Positions 38,845-48,658 of a DNA stretch of 64,000 nucleotides are shown piece after piece. The notes under the pieces were generated by a model, which had not been told where the DNA came from, did no database searches, and saw only the letters and a program-made list of their open reading frames with translations. The translations under genes were made by a program, and so were the position numbers. Within the stretch, counting starts at the first letter, position 1, and each line of letters begins with the position of its first letter. The stretch comes from Candidatus Doudnabacteria bacterium (GTDB taxonomy: Bacteria; Patescibacteriota; Doudnabacteria; UBA920; O2-02-FULL-48-8), in NCBI GenBank assembly GCA_037200925.1, contig JBBCGO010000001.1:511698-575697 (forward strand), written 5' to 3'.

Positions 38845-39024
38845 ATGGCCTTGACCGCACGCGAATTCTTGCGCCGCATGGAAACCGATGGCTTCCGAGA
38901 GGAAGACAAAAAAGAAGCGGAAAGACGACGGCAGGAAGAGCTCAAGGACGATCAGGCACTCCGAGCACTTAGCGACGCCATCGAGCGTCACCCAATTCAC
39001 ACCCCTCGCATCCGGCGCGGATAG
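38845..39024 (+). CDS. Small charged hypothetical protein (59 aa) divergent from hrcA
   Basis: MALTAREFLRRMETDGFREEDKK...; AGGAGGA RBS 5 nt upstream; own terminator downstream. Confidence 0.5.
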   Translation: MALTAREFLRRMETDGFREEDKKEAERRRQEELKDDQALRALSDAIERHPIHTPRIRRG

Positions 39025-39044
39025 CCCACACATGACAAACACAA

Positions 39045-39074
39045 AAGACGAGCCCACGACTCGTCCTTTTTTTT
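39045..39074. terminator. Bidirectional intrinsic terminator (GACGAG-cccacga-CTCGTC + T8)
   Basis: Seen directly between small ORF and convergent pilin-like gene. Confidence 0.75.
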
Positions 39075-39084
39075 GGAATTTCGG

Positions 39085-39552
39085 TTATTTCAACGGCACG
39101 GGCTGAGGGATAGGTGCCGGAGATTTATATAACTGAGGATCAATAGTGCGGTCAAAACACACGTGGCCGGCAGCATGCTGCCAATTATCCGGTCCCGGAT
39201 AGATCATAGGCACAGCCCGTAAGTTCTGATCGCCTTCGCTAGGCAGGCTGAAACTGGCGCAAAGTTGAAAGTTTAGATTTGAACTCACGGAATATTCATA
39301 ATCCGCACTCGTTTGAGGGTCCTTTGGAGCTGTAAATCCCGAAATATTATCAGTCAAATTTGAAAGATTCGCAGGCAGACTCCCTTTTTGCTGCCAGTAA
39401 CTCAAGACCTGACCCTGGATGATCTGCAGATCCGACACGCGCCTATTATCAAAATTCAGCGACCGCTGCCTGGCCGGACTGCCGACTATGAAAAATGCGG
39501 CCACCACAATTGCCAAGACCAAAATACAAACCGGGATAATAAACCACTTCAT
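39085..39552 (-). CDS. Membrane-anchored pseudopilin-like protein lacking canonical prepilin cleavage motif
   Basis: N-terminal TM; RRVSDLQIIQGQVLSYWQQKGSLPANLSNL resembles pilin/GspG globular start. Confidence 0.45.
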   Translation of the reverse strand: MKWFIIPVCILVLAIVVAAFFIVGSPARQRSLNFDNRRVSDLQIIQGQVLSYWQQKGSLPANLSNLTDNISGFTAPKDPQTSADYEYSVSSNLNFQLCASFSLPSEGDQNLRAVPMIYPGPDNWQHAAGHVCFDRTIDPQLYKSPAPIPQPVPLK

Positions 39553-40031
39553 ACTGCGGCTCCTTCATCTTTCTTGCGCAAATCCTTGAGGTAGTAAAAG
39601 AAAATCAAACCGGCTACCAGAAGAACAATTAAAATCTTTAAGATAAATCTTACAGTCAATTCTCCGCCTGAAAGATTATAAACCAGTGTGACGATATCAA
39701 TGATTATTGTGATCGCAGAAAGAAATAATGTTAAATACCCAAGCCACTTGCGTACGCGGATCTCATGCCGAATCGGGTCTTTGGCAAAGTCGCGGTTGAT
39801 CAGCCACATTATCCAGACATAAACCGGAAACATCACGATCAGCATCGAGGCTGACCAGCGGATAGTTTGGACCGATCCGTAACTGTAGTTCAGCACATCC
39901 GGGTACCAGGTGTTAATTAACTGGAAAGCCAAAGTAATAAAGCTTATGGCACTGCCGTACAAAGTTACGATCGCCAAAAGGTGCAAAAATACATCTCTGG
40001 GCGTGCTTTTTGGAGCAATGGATTCGGTCAT
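39549..40031 (-). CDS. Hypothetical integral membrane protein (4 TM)
   Basis: Hydrophobicity pattern; overlaps start of downstream gene by 4 nt. Confidence 0.5.
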   Translation of the reverse strand: MTESIAPKSTPRDVFLHLLAIVTLYGSAISFITLAFQLINTWYPDVLNYSYGSVQTIRWSASMLIVMFPVYVWIMWLINRDFAKDPIRHEIRVRKWLGYLTLFLSAITIIIDIVTLVYNLSGGELTVRFILKILIVLLVAGLIFFYYLKDLRKKDEGAAV

Positions 40032-40101
40032 AAAAATATAGATTAATAGCGCAAGCTAAGTATAAACTAAATGCCAAATGCACTCAAGGTTGATTATTGC
40101 G

Positions 40102-42978
40102 TTACTTCACTTTTTCTTTTACTTGTTTCAACACCTTTGCCAAATATTGGCCGGTGTAGCTTTTCTTAACTTTCGCCACGTCTTCCGGCGTCCCCATGGC
40201 CACAACTTCCCCGCCCTTGTTCCCGCCTTCCGGTCCAAGGTCGATGACCCAGTCCGCGGATTTGATGACGTCCAAGTTATGTTCAATAACCAGAACAGTA
40301 TTTCCTTTTTCCACCAGGCGAGCCAAGACGCCCATCAGCCTTTTCACATCGTCAAAGTGCAGACCGGTCGTGGGCTCGTCCAAAATATAAAGAGTTCGGC
40401 CGGTTGAGGCGCGGGATAATTCTGAAGATAATTTGATGCGCTGGGCTTCCCCGCCGGACAAAGTCGTGGCCTGCTGGCCCAAATGCATGTAGCCCAAGCC
40501 CACCAAAGATAAGGTCTCCAGTTTGCGCGCGATCAGGGGAACCGCGCGGAAGAAGACGTGCGCTTCATCCACTGTCATTTCCAGAACCTCGGAAATATTC
40601 TTGCTTTTATAATGGATATCCAGAGCTTCCTTATTGTAGCGCTTGCCTTTGCATTCCTCGCACGCCACATATACGTCCGGCAAAAAATGCATTTCAATTT
40701 TTATCACGCCGTCGCCGCCGCAAACCTCGCATCTGCCGCCTTTGACATTGAAACTGAACCGGCCGGCTTTGTAGCCGCGCATCCTGGCTTCCTGGGTTGA
40801 GGCGAACAGATCCCTGATATATGTAAACACGCCGGTGTATGTTGCGGGATTGGATCTCGGGGTCCTCCCGATCGGCGACTGGTCAATGTTAATGACCTTG
40901 TCTATATTTTCAATGCCCAAAAGTTTCTTGTGCTCGCCCGGGGATTCTTTGGCATTGTAAAAATAGGCGGACAAGGCTTTGGCCAGGATCTCGTTGAGCA
41001 GGGTGGACTTACCCGAACCGGAAACTCCGGTCAGACAGACAAATTTGCCCAGCGGAATCTCCACATCAATGTTTTTCAGATTGAATTCCGAAGCGCCGAT
41101 TATTTTCAATGTCTTGCCATTGCCTTTTTTGCGCGCTGTCGGGACCGCGACCAATTCCGTGCCGGCCAAGTACCTGCCGGTCAGGGAATTCTTATCTTTT
41201 GCCACCTGCGCCGGAGTTCCTTCAGACACGACTTCCCCGCCGTGCTTGCCGGCTCCGGGACCTATGTCCACGACCCAGTCGGATTCCCAGATGGTTTCCT
41301 CGTCATGCTCCACCACGATCACGGTGTTGCCCAGGTCGCGCAGATTTTTCAATGTTTTCAGCAGTCTCGCATTGTCGCGCTGATGCAGACCGATCGACGG
41401 CTCGTCCAAAATATACAGCACGCCCGTCAGACCGGAACCGATCTGCGTGGCTAGACGAATTCTTTGGGCTTCCCCGCCCGACAAAGTATCCGCGCTGCGG
41501 TCCAATGTCAGATAATCCAGCCCGACGTCCTGCAAAAATTTCAACCTCGCCACGATTTCCTTGAAGATCTGATGAGCGATCTTCAGATCTTTCTCGCCCA
41601 GTTTCTTCGGCAAGTTTTCAGTAAATTTCACAGCTTCATCAATATCAAAATTAGACACATCCACGATGGATTTGCCGTCAATGGTCACGGCCAAAAACTC
41701 GGGCCGCAATCTTTTGCCTTTGCAGGTAGGGCATTTGCGGATGCGCATGTACTGCTCTATCTCTCCGCGCATGTAATCCGAATCGGTTTCTTTATACTTG
41801 CGCTCCAGGTTCGGGATCACGCCTTCAAATGTGGTAAACCGCTCGTAGCCTGATTCATCTTCTATTTTAATTTTGCGATCAGCTGTGCCGTACAAAATTA
41901 TGTCCAAAGATTTCTTTTGCAGGTCTTTTACCGGTACGTGCACTGAAAAACCGTATTCTTCTGCAATTGCCTCAAGCACTCGCGAATACCATGAGAGCCT
42001 GGAAGTTGTTTTGCTCCACGGCCGGATAGCGCCTTCTGCCAGTGTCAATTTCGGATTGGGGATGACCAGTTCCGCCTCTATTTCAAGCCGCGTACCAAGG
42101 CCCGTGCAGTCGGGACAGGCGCCGTGAGGCGAATTAAATGAAAAATTGCGCGGGTTCAGTTCCGGCAGGTTCATATGCCCTTCCGGACAGGCAAAATTGG
42201 AAGACAGCAGGATCTCTTCTTTTTCATCCCGGAGAATGATCACGGTATCGTTGCCCAGATCAAGCGCGGTTTCCAGAGAATCAGCAAGCCTCGGGCGGTC
42301 CCCGCTGTCCAGAACGATGCGGTCCACTACCACATCGATCGTGTGCTTCTTTTTTTTGTCCACATTCAGCTGCAAAGCTTCCGACAGGTCCATGATGGTG
42401 CCGTCAAACCGCACGCGCTGGTATCCGGTCTTTTTCGCTTCTTCCAAAAGATGCTTATGTTCGCCCTTCATATCTTTGACCAGCGGAGCCAGGATCGCAA
42501 ACTTTGTGCCGGGAGGCCAGCTCATGATCTGGTCCACCATCTGCGTCACTGACTGGCCGGTAATGAGTCGGCCGCAAACCGGACAATGCGGCACGCCCAC
42601 ACGCGCAAACAATAACCGCAGATAATCATAGATCTCGGTCACGGTTCCCACGGTAGACCGAGGGTTATGCGATGCGGATTTCTGGTCAATGGAAATTGCC
42701 GGTGACAATCCTTCTATTTTATCCACATCCGGCTTGTCCATCAGGCCCAAGAACTGCCTAGCATACGCGGACAAGGATTCCACATACCGCCTCTGGCCTT
42801 CCGCATAGATGGTATCAAAGGCCAGAGATGATTTTCCCGAACCCGAAAGACCCGTGATGACCACGAGTTTGTTTCTGGGAATATCCAGGCTGATATTTTT
42901 TAAATTATGGACCCGGGCGCCGCGGATAACGATTTTTTCCTGCATATAGGGGTCACTTTCAGGTTTCAAAAATAGCAA
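40102..42978 (-). CDS. uvrA: Excinuclease ABC subunit A
   Basis: Two ABC ATPase modules ([20 protein letters not shown]), Zn fingers. Confidence 0.97.
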   Translation of the reverse strand: MLFLKPESDPYMQEKIVIRGARVHNLKNISLDIPRNKLVVITGLSGSGKSSLAFDTIYAEGQRRYVESLSAYARQFLGLMDKPDVDKIEGLSPAISIDQKSASHNPRSTVGTVTEIYDYLRLLFARVGVPHCPVCGRLITGQSVTQMVDQIMSWPPGTKFAILAPLVKDMKGEHKHLLEEAKKTGYQRVRFDGTIMDLSEALQLNVDKKKKHTIDVVVDRIVLDSGDRPRLADSLETALDLGNDTVIILRDEKEEILLSSNFACPEGHMNLPELNPRNFSFNSPHGACPDCTGLGTRLEIEAELVIPNPKLTLAEGAIRPWSKTTSRLSWYSRVLEAIAEEYGFSVHVPVKDLQKKSLDIILYGTADRKIKIEDESGYERFTTFEGVIPNLERKYKETDSDYMRGEIEQYMRIRKCPTCKGKRLRPEFLAVTIDGKSIVDVSNFDIDEAVKFTENLPKKLGEKDLKIAHQIFKEIVARLKFLQDVGLDYLTLDRSADTLSGGEAQRIRLATQIGSGLTGVLYILDEPSIGLHQRDNARLLKTLKNLRDLGNTVIVVEHDEETIWESDWVVDIGPGAGKHGGEVVSEGTPAQVAKDKNSLTGRYLAGTELVAVPTARKKGNGKTLKIIGASEFNLKNIDVEIPLGKFVCLTGVSGSGKSTLLNEILAKALSAYFYNAKESPGEHKKLLGIENIDKVINIDQSPIGRTPRSNPATYTGVFTYIRDLFASTQEARMRGYKAGRFSFNVKGGRCEVCGGDGVIKIEMHFLPDVYVACEECKGKRYNKEALDIHYKSKNISEVLEMTVDEAHVFFRAVPLIARKLETLSLVGLGYMHLGQQATTLSGGEAQRIKLSSELSRASTGRTLYILDEPTTGLHFDDVKRLMGVLARLVEKGNTVLVIEHNLDVIKSADWVIDLGPEGGNKGGEVVAMGTPEDVAKVKKSYTGQYLAKVLKQVKEKVK

Positions 42979-43145
42979 CGATTAGTAAGCCCTGTTCGTA
43001 AAGGGCCTAAATAAGCCAACCTAGTATATATAAAAAAAACCGCCAGCGCAAGGGGGCGACCCTCAAAAGTACTGAGCATGCTCGGTAGCAAAATATTTAA
43101 ATAAAAAACCGCCCGGAGTTACCCGGACGGTTTTAAAATTCGATC

Positions 43146-44120
43146 TTAAATATTCAGCTGGTCGTCCTGGCGGGTGCTGATCGTTCCGCCCTGCGGTATC
43201 AGCCGGTCAAGGCTGTTGGCAGGAACCACTTCTCCTAATTTAAATCCCCAAGAATTAAACACAGCCATGCTCGGGATGCCGACCCGGTTGCTGCTCTTCT
43301 GAAGATAGATCGTGCCTGTGTCGTTTATGAGGGTTCCGTCAGGATGCGGAATACTTGAGAGTGCGATCGGCGGCAAGGTCACCATAAACGAGGTGTCGCC
43401 AGATGCCGCATTCTCAAATTTATAACCAAGCCCCAAGAATGCCGTCGGAGTAGTAAAACCCGTGCGGTAACCGTTGGTGATCAGATAGATCGTGCCTTGA
43501 TCATTAATCAAGGATCCGTTTCTGGGCGGGATATAGTAAGTTGCGGAAGTGTTTGAACCTGTAGGCGTGTAGATCGTCAGAGGCAGGCTCATATCGCCTG
43601 TGGTTGCGGGCATGACAGCTTGCCAGTTGTTAAAGCCATAAGACAGGAAAGCTCCGGCTGAAGTGTAGGGACTTCGGTGCGCCGATTGCAGACGGTACAC
43701 TGTCCCGTCCGTTCCGAGGATGTTGGTATTATCAAGATGAGCAGGCCCGACAACTCCGCTGACCCCGTTCGCATTCACGGTCAAACTGAACGGCTTGCTG
43801 GCGGTTTGCGAATTATATAGAACGTTCAAGGTAAAATTATAAGCTCCGGCTGTTGTCGGAATACCGAAAAGCGTGACCGACTGCAGGTCCGGACCGGCGC
43901 CCACACTAATTCCGGCGGGCAGACTGCCGTTAGTAATGGACGTGCTGAAACCTAAAGCAGTGCCGGTAAATCCGATATTTGTAGAATAAAGAGTTCCTAC
44001 TTGGGCAGAAGGCAAAGCGGAAGGGGTGGTGATCGAGAGAGATGATACTTGAGCCTCTGCCGTAATTGCGGCGAAACTTAAAAAAGTTGCTAATATTGCT
44101 ATTTTTGTAATTTTTTTCAT
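43146..44120 (-). CDS. Secreted surface protein: signal peptide, putative Ig-like domain, C-terminal triple ~55-aa repeat module (paralog of 57798..59321)
   Basis: SLPAGISVGAGPDLQSVTLFGIPTTAGAYNFTLNV (putative-Ig-domain-like); C-terminal 190 aa ~70% identical to paralog. Confidence 0.7.
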   Translation of the reverse strand: MKKITKIAILATFLSFAAITAEAQVSSLSITTPSALPSAQVGTLYSTNIGFTGTALGFSTSITNGSLPAGISVGAGPDLQSVTLFGIPTTAGAYNFTLNVLYNSQTASKPFSLTVNANGVSGVVGPAHLDNTNILGTDGTVYRLQSAHRSPYTSAGAFLSYGFNNWQAVMPATTGDMSLPLTIYTPTGSNTSATYYIPPRNGSLINDQGTIYLITNGYRTGFTTPTAFLGLGYKFENAASGDTSFMVTLPPIALSSIPHPDGTLINDTGTIYLQKSSNRVGIPSMAVFNSWGFKLGEVVPANSLDRLIPQGGTISTRQDDQLNI

Positions 44121-44229
44121 AATTTTTTTATTAATTTTCTTGTCTAAACACTATACAACTGAATAATTATCGTGTCCAGTCTATTTGTTCACACTGGCAA
44201 TTATAAAGCCTCATCAGTACAATAAGTAT

Positions 44230-46005
44230 ATGCAAAAATTGTTGGCTGAAAAACTTAATGATCTTCCCCAAAAACCCGGAGTATATATTTTCAAAGACAC
44301 CCATGGGTTGGTTTTATACGTGGGCAAAGCCGTCAGACTAAAAAATCGCGTTTCCTCTTATTTTAAAAAAGGCACGGACGATGGCCGGGGTCCCAGGATC
44401 CAATTGATGATCTCACAGATAAAAGATCTGGATTTCACGGTGACGGATAACGAACTCGAGAGTTTGATCTTGGAAAATAATTTTATCAAACAGCTGAAAC
44501 CAAAGTACAACGTCATGCTGCGCGATGATAAAAATTATATTTTCCTGAAGATCAATCTTAAGGATGAGATCCCGACCATTGATTACGACCGCAAACCGAC
44601 TGACAAGAACGCGCGTTACTTCGGGCCGTACACTTCATCCATGGCCATCAAGGATACTCTGCGTCTGGTGCGGAAGATCTTCCCTTACTGCGCCAATTCC
44701 AAAGTTTCCAGCAAGCCCTGCTTTTATTACCACATCGGCAAGTGCCCGGGCGTTTGCTTCGGCAAAATTTCCCTGGAAGAATACCGCGAGAACTACATCA
44801 AAAAGATCATCAAGTTCCTGGAGGGGCGGCAAAATGAAATTTTGTCGCAACTCAAGATCCAGATGCGAGGTTACGCCAGATCAAGAATGTTTGAAAAAGC
44901 CGCAAAGGTCCGCGACCAGATATTTGCTTTAAATCGCGTTCTGGAACGCCAGAAACTGGTTTATCCAGCCAAGATCGATCAGGATATCTTTTCGCTTTAT
45001 CAGGATGGAGTGGCCAGCGTCAATTTATTCGTCATCCGCGAAGGCAAGCTTATCCAAAAAGAAAATTTCATTCTGGAAAACACCAAACAGTTGCCGGCGA
45101 AAGAAATTTTGGAACAATTTTTACCCAAATATTATCTGGATGCGTCCAATCTGCCGAAAGAGATATTATTGCCGGTAAAGATCAATGAAACAGAGTTGCA
45201 GCCGGCTTTTACTGCGCGAAGATTTCCAAAAATCCTCGTTCCGTCGCGCGGACCCAAAGAAAGACTGATCAAACTCGGTGCAGAAAATGCCCGGCAATAT
45301 CTGGAGAGCACGTCTGATAAAAAACTGCTGGAAGAAGCGCGCCTGCTAAGCTCGCTTAAGGAATTGCAGCGCGTGCTGGATCTGCCGGAACTGCCGGCAA
45401 GGATCGAAGCTTACGATATTTCAAACATCCAGGGCACTAATCCCGTCGGCTCCATGATCGTATTTGATTTCGGAAAGCGGAAAAAAGATGATTACCGGAA
45501 ATTCAAGATTAACAAAAAACAAACTCCGGATGATTTCGCCATGATGCGCGAAATGCTGGAGCGCAGATTTAAAAATGAGTGGCCAAAACCGAACCTTATC
45601 CTCATTGACGGCGGCAAAGGCCAGCTTAATGCAGCGCTTTCGGTGCTGCATGATCCAAACTACAAACTACAAATCCCGATCATTGGCCTGGCCAAACGTC
45701 TGGAAGAAATTTTTCTGCCGGGCCGAAAAAATCCTATTGTACTTCCGAACAATTCCATCGCCTTATTTCTGCTCCAAAGGATCCGCGACGAGGCTCACCG
45801 GTTCGCAGTCAGGTATCACCGGCACCTTCGGTCCCGCGGCTCGCTGTCTTCAGTTTTGGATGAGATCAGCGGCATCGGCCCGGCCAAAAAGAAAAAACTA
45901 TTGCAAAAATTCGGCTCCGCCGGCCATGTCAGGCAGGCCAGCATCACGGATATCGCCGTAGTCGTGGGCACGAAACTGGCGGAAAAATTAAAAGCCAGTC
46001 TTTGA
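44230..46005 (+). CDS. uvrC: Excinuclease ABC subunit C
   Basis: GIY-YIG N-terminus (PGVYIFKD...LYVGKA), UvrC homology and HhH C-terminus; start at ATG 44230. Confidence 0.95.
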   Translation: MQKLLAEKLNDLPQKPGVYIFKDTHGLVLYVGKAVRLKNRVSSYFKKGTDDGRGPRIQLMISQIKDLDFTVTDNELESLILENNFIKQLKPKYNVMLRDDKNYIFLKINLKDEIPTIDYDRKPTDKNARYFGPYTSSMAIKDTLRLVRKIFPYCANSKVSSKPCFYYHIGKCPGVCFGKISLEEYRENYIKKIIKFLEGRQNEILSQLKIQMRGYARSRMFEKAAKVRDQIFALNRVLERQKLVYPAKIDQDIFSLYQDGVASVNLFVIREGKLIQKENFILENTKQLPAKEILEQFLPKYYLDASNLPKEILLPVKINETELQPAFTARRFPKILVPSRGPKERLIKLGAENARQYLESTSDKKLLEEARLLSSLKELQRVLDLPELPARIEAYDISNIQGTNPVGSMIVFDFGKRKKDDYRKFKINKKQTPDDFAMMREMLERRFKNEWPKPNLILIDGGKGQLNAALSVLHDPNYKLQIPIIGLAKRLEEIFLPGRKNPIVLPNNSIALFLLQRIRDEAHRFAVRYHRHLRSRGSLSSVLDEISGIGPAKKKKLLQKFGSAGHVRQASITDIAVVVGTKLAEKLKASL

Positions 46006-46078
46006 CACCGGACGCATTTTCTGGCAATATACTTGGGCAATTCTTTTGGCCTTTGACTTTTAACTTTTGACTTATTTT

Positions 46079-46306
46079 ATGCATATGTCCAAAAACATTT
46101 TGATCTTTACCCTTATCGCCGTTGACGTGCTGCTGATCATCAGCATCCTGCTGCAGCAGCGCGAAGGCGGGTTGTCCACTGTGTTTGGCGGTGAAGGCAA
46201 TGTCTACCGTTCCAAACGCGGCATCGCGTTGGGCCTCCATTACTTTACTATTGTCCTGGTCGTCGTGTTTGTGGCTCTGTCCGCTCTCATCGTCTTCCTG
46301 AAATAG
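46079..46306 (+). CDS. secG: Preprotein translocase subunit SecG
   Basis: Two TM helices with LLQQREGGLSTVFGG motif; start uncertain (46067/46079/46085). Confidence 0.7.
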   Translation: MHMSKNILIFTLIAVDVLLIISILLQQREGGLSTVFGGEGNVYRSKRGIALGLHYFTIVLVVVFVALSALIVFLK

Positions 46307-46411
46307 ATCCCCACACCAAACGAAACGACATGATTATGTATATTCAACTATTGTTTAATTCAAAAAAAATAATTTTATCTCCTGCATATTTATCCGTTAT
46401 GGTGTGGGGAT
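46307..46411. repeat. Palindromic repeat P copy 3, arms ATCCCCACACC / GGTGTGGGGAT split by an 83-bp AT-rich insert; fills the entire secG-SBP intergenic space
   Basis: Arms and flanking AAATAG...ATAAAA identical to copies at 8833 and 10036. Confidence 0.85.
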
Positions 46412-46414
46412 AAA

Positions 46415-48160
46415 ATGAGCAATCTTTGGTTGCAATTCAAAACTTTTTTTAAGAATTTGTGGGTCGGCACAAAGTCAATCCGAGGGCTTAAACGCCATCA
46501 GATCCCCCACATCCTGGAAAATTTTTCAAAAAAAGAAGTCTATACTCTCATCGCGGCCCTGCTGATATTTGTCCTGTCAGGAGGATTTTTGATTATTCAG
46601 GGCTTCCAGGATCACAGTATGGGCCCGCATTACGGCGGAGAGCTGACCGAAGGGCTTGTGGGCGAGCCTCAATTCATTAACCCTGTTCTTTCGGAAACTT
46701 CAGGAGTAGATATGGATCTGACCAAGTTGGTCTATGCGCAACTTTTGAAATTTGACGACCAGGAAAAGCTCGCTCCTGATCTGGCGGAAAGTCTTCCTGA
46801 TGTTTCCAAAGATCAGAAAACTTATACGCTTAAGCTCAAACCCGGCTTGAAATGGCAGGACGGCCAGGCGATTACGGCGGATGACGTGCTGTTCACGATC
46901 CAAACCATCCAAAACACCGAATACCAGTCGCCGCTGCGCCCCAACTGGGCCAGGGTCAAGGTCACAAAAATAGATGACCTGACCTTAACTTTCGTGCTGC
47001 GCGAGGTTTCCGCTTCTTTTGCCACCAACTTCACTCTGGGGATTTTGCCCAAGCATATCTGGGAACCTATCCCGGCTCAAAATTTCCAGCTGACCGACGA
47101 CAATCTCAAACCGGTCGGCTCCGGCCCTTTTACCGTCTCGGAGATAAAAAAAACCTCAAACGGCACGATCAAATCCATAACTTTGCGCGCCAACGATCAG
47201 TACTATCAAGGATCGCCTTTCCTAAACCAGATCACATTCAAATTTTACGATGACTACGACAGTCTGATCGCAGCTTTCCAAGGCAAGGAGATCCAAAGTT
47301 TGGGTATTGTTCCTTTTGATCAAAAAGCCTTCCTGGGCACTTCCGATAAAACCAGCCAGTATCGGATCAATCTGCCCCAATATCAGGCTGTTTTTTTCAA
47401 TCTTCCAAAAAATCCGATCTTGAACCAAAAAGCCGTACGCCAAGCCCTCTGGCTTGCCACCGACCGCGATGCAATTATCAAAAACGCTTATCTGGGCAAT
47501 GCGGTTCCGGCTTACGGCCCGATCTTGGAAGGAAGCTTGGGCTACAATCCGAGCATCGCCCAAAGCATTCATACCAATATTGATGAAGCCTCGGCTATTT
47601 TAGATAAGGCCGGCTGGGTTCTGGATCCGGGAACAAATATTCGGATGAAAAATAAAAAGCCGCTGGAATTCAATCTTGCGACCACCAGTAATCTGGTGAT
47701 CAACGTCAAAGCCGCGCAGATCCTGCAAAGCCAGTGGGCAAAGATAGGCGCCAAAGTCGATCTGACCATAGTCAATTCCCATGACCTGGAAACGCAGTAC
47801 ATCCGACCGCGGGCTTTTGATGCGCTGCTTTTTTCAGAAAACGTCGGGGCCGATCCTGACCCGTTCCCTTTTTGGCAAAGCAGCCAGGCCCACGATCCCG
47901 GCTTGAATCTTTCGGGTTTTTCCGATGCCGAGACGGACAAACTTTTAACGGAAGCGCGGCAAACTTCTGATCCGGCTGTGCGCACCAAAGATTATCTGCG
48001 CTTCCAGGAGATCATCAATGACCAGTTGCCGGCTATCTTCCTGGTCCGTTCACTTTATATTTACAATGTGCCGAAAAATCTTCACGGCATCGATCTGAAC
48101 AACATCATCCATCCTTCCGAGCGCTTCCTGGACGTCAATCACTGGTATTTTGGGAATTAA
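46415..48160 (+). CDS. ABC transporter substrate-binding protein, family 5 (peptide/nickel, DppA/OppA-like), N-terminal TM anchor
   Basis: SBP_bac_5-like sequence throughout. Confidence 0.8.
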   Translation: MSNLWLQFKTFFKNLWVGTKSIRGLKRHQIPHILENFSKKEVYTLIAALLIFVLSGGFLIIQGFQDHSMGPHYGGELTEGLVGEPQFINPVLSETSGVDMDLTKLVYAQLLKFDDQEKLAPDLAESLPDVSKDQKTYTLKLKPGLKWQDGQAITADDVLFTIQTIQNTEYQSPLRPNWARVKVTKIDDLTLTFVLREVSASFATNFTLGILPKHIWEPIPAQNFQLTDDNLKPVGSGPFTVSEIKKTSNGTIKSITLRANDQYYQGSPFLNQITFKFYDDYDSLIAAFQGKEIQSLGIVPFDQKAFLGTSDKTSQYRINLPQYQAVFFNLPKNPILNQKAVRQALWLATDRDAIIKNAYLGNAVPAYGPILEGSLGYNPSIAQSIHTNIDEASAILDKAGWVLDPGTNIRMKNKKPLEFNLATTSNLVINVKAAQILQSQWAKIGAKVDLTIVNSHDLETQYIRPRAFDALLFSENVGADPDPFPFWQSSQAHDPGLNLSGFSDAETDKLLTEARQTSDPAVRTKDYLRFQEIINDQLPAIFLVRSLYIYNVPKNLHGIDLNNIIHPSERFLDVNHWYFGN

Positions 48161-48161
48161 A

Positions 48162-48182
48162 AAAACGCTGATGCGTTTTTTT
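48162..48182 (+). terminator. Intrinsic terminator after SBP gene (AAACGC-tgat-GCGTTT + T7)
   Basis: Seen directly. Confidence 0.65.
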
Positions 48183-48262
48183 GGTGGGCGAGAGAGGAGT
48201 CTCAATTCGCGCTGATGCGCTCATGTACGGGGCAGCGCTGAAAGCTACGTGCACTCGCTTTC
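48178..48262 (-). pseudogene. Degenerate tRNA-Leu-like remnant: exact duplicate of last ~24 nt of tRNA-Leu (GACTCCTCTCTCGCCCACCA + A-run) preceded by decayed body
   Basis: Direct repeat TTTTTGGTGGGCGAGAGAGGAGTC at 48178-48201 and 48333-48356; remnant retains GCGAGTG, TTTCAG and CATGAG islands aligned to tRNA-Leu. Confidence 0.5.
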
Positions 48263-48336
48263 ATCGACGCTCGACTTCGTCTGATGACTGGTCTAGCTTA
48301 TGCCCGTTCGACTCCGAACGTTATCATATTGATTTT

Positions 48337-48422
48337 TGGTGGGCGAGAGAGGAGTCGAACCTCCATGAGATTGCTCTCGCTGGCTCCTGAAGCCAGTGCG
48401 TCTGCCATTCCGCCACTCGCCC
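48337..48422 (-). tRNA. tRNA-Leu (anticodon CAG), long variable arm, CCA encoded
   Basis: GGGCGAGTGGCGGAATGGCAGACGCACTGGCTTCAGGAGCCAGCGAGAGCAATCTCATGGAGGTTCGACTCCTCTCTCGCCCACCA; TATAAT 8 nt upstream on minus strand. Confidence 0.85.
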
Positions 48423-48449
48423 GTGAAAGTATTATACATATTTTACTGG

Positions 48450-48478
48450 TTGACACAAAAGCCGTTTAGGTATATACT
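48450..48478 (+). promoter_or_regulatory. Sigma70-type promoter (TTGACA-17-TATACT) for rnj with ~180-nt leader; overlaps divergent tRNA-Leu promoter
   Basis: Seen directly. Confidence 0.55.
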
Positions 48479-48658
48479 GTATATACAAAGTTCATCCTGA
48501 AAAATTTGATACCAAAGTCAGTTAATACGAAATAATCCGTAATGTTTTGTTGGTTATTTTGTGTTAATTGGGTGTTTTGGCCAGCGGTTCAGCCCTGCCA
48601 AACCCTTATATATAATTTTAAGTTCGTAAAAGTAACACAGTTACGATAAGAGGTTTTT

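Noticed and set aside
48178-48422. Integrated prophage or genomic island at tRNA-Leu
   Set aside because: There is an att-like direct repeat, but only ~130 bp lie between the copies and no integrase or phage gene is nearby. It is reported only as a scar or pseudo-tRNA.
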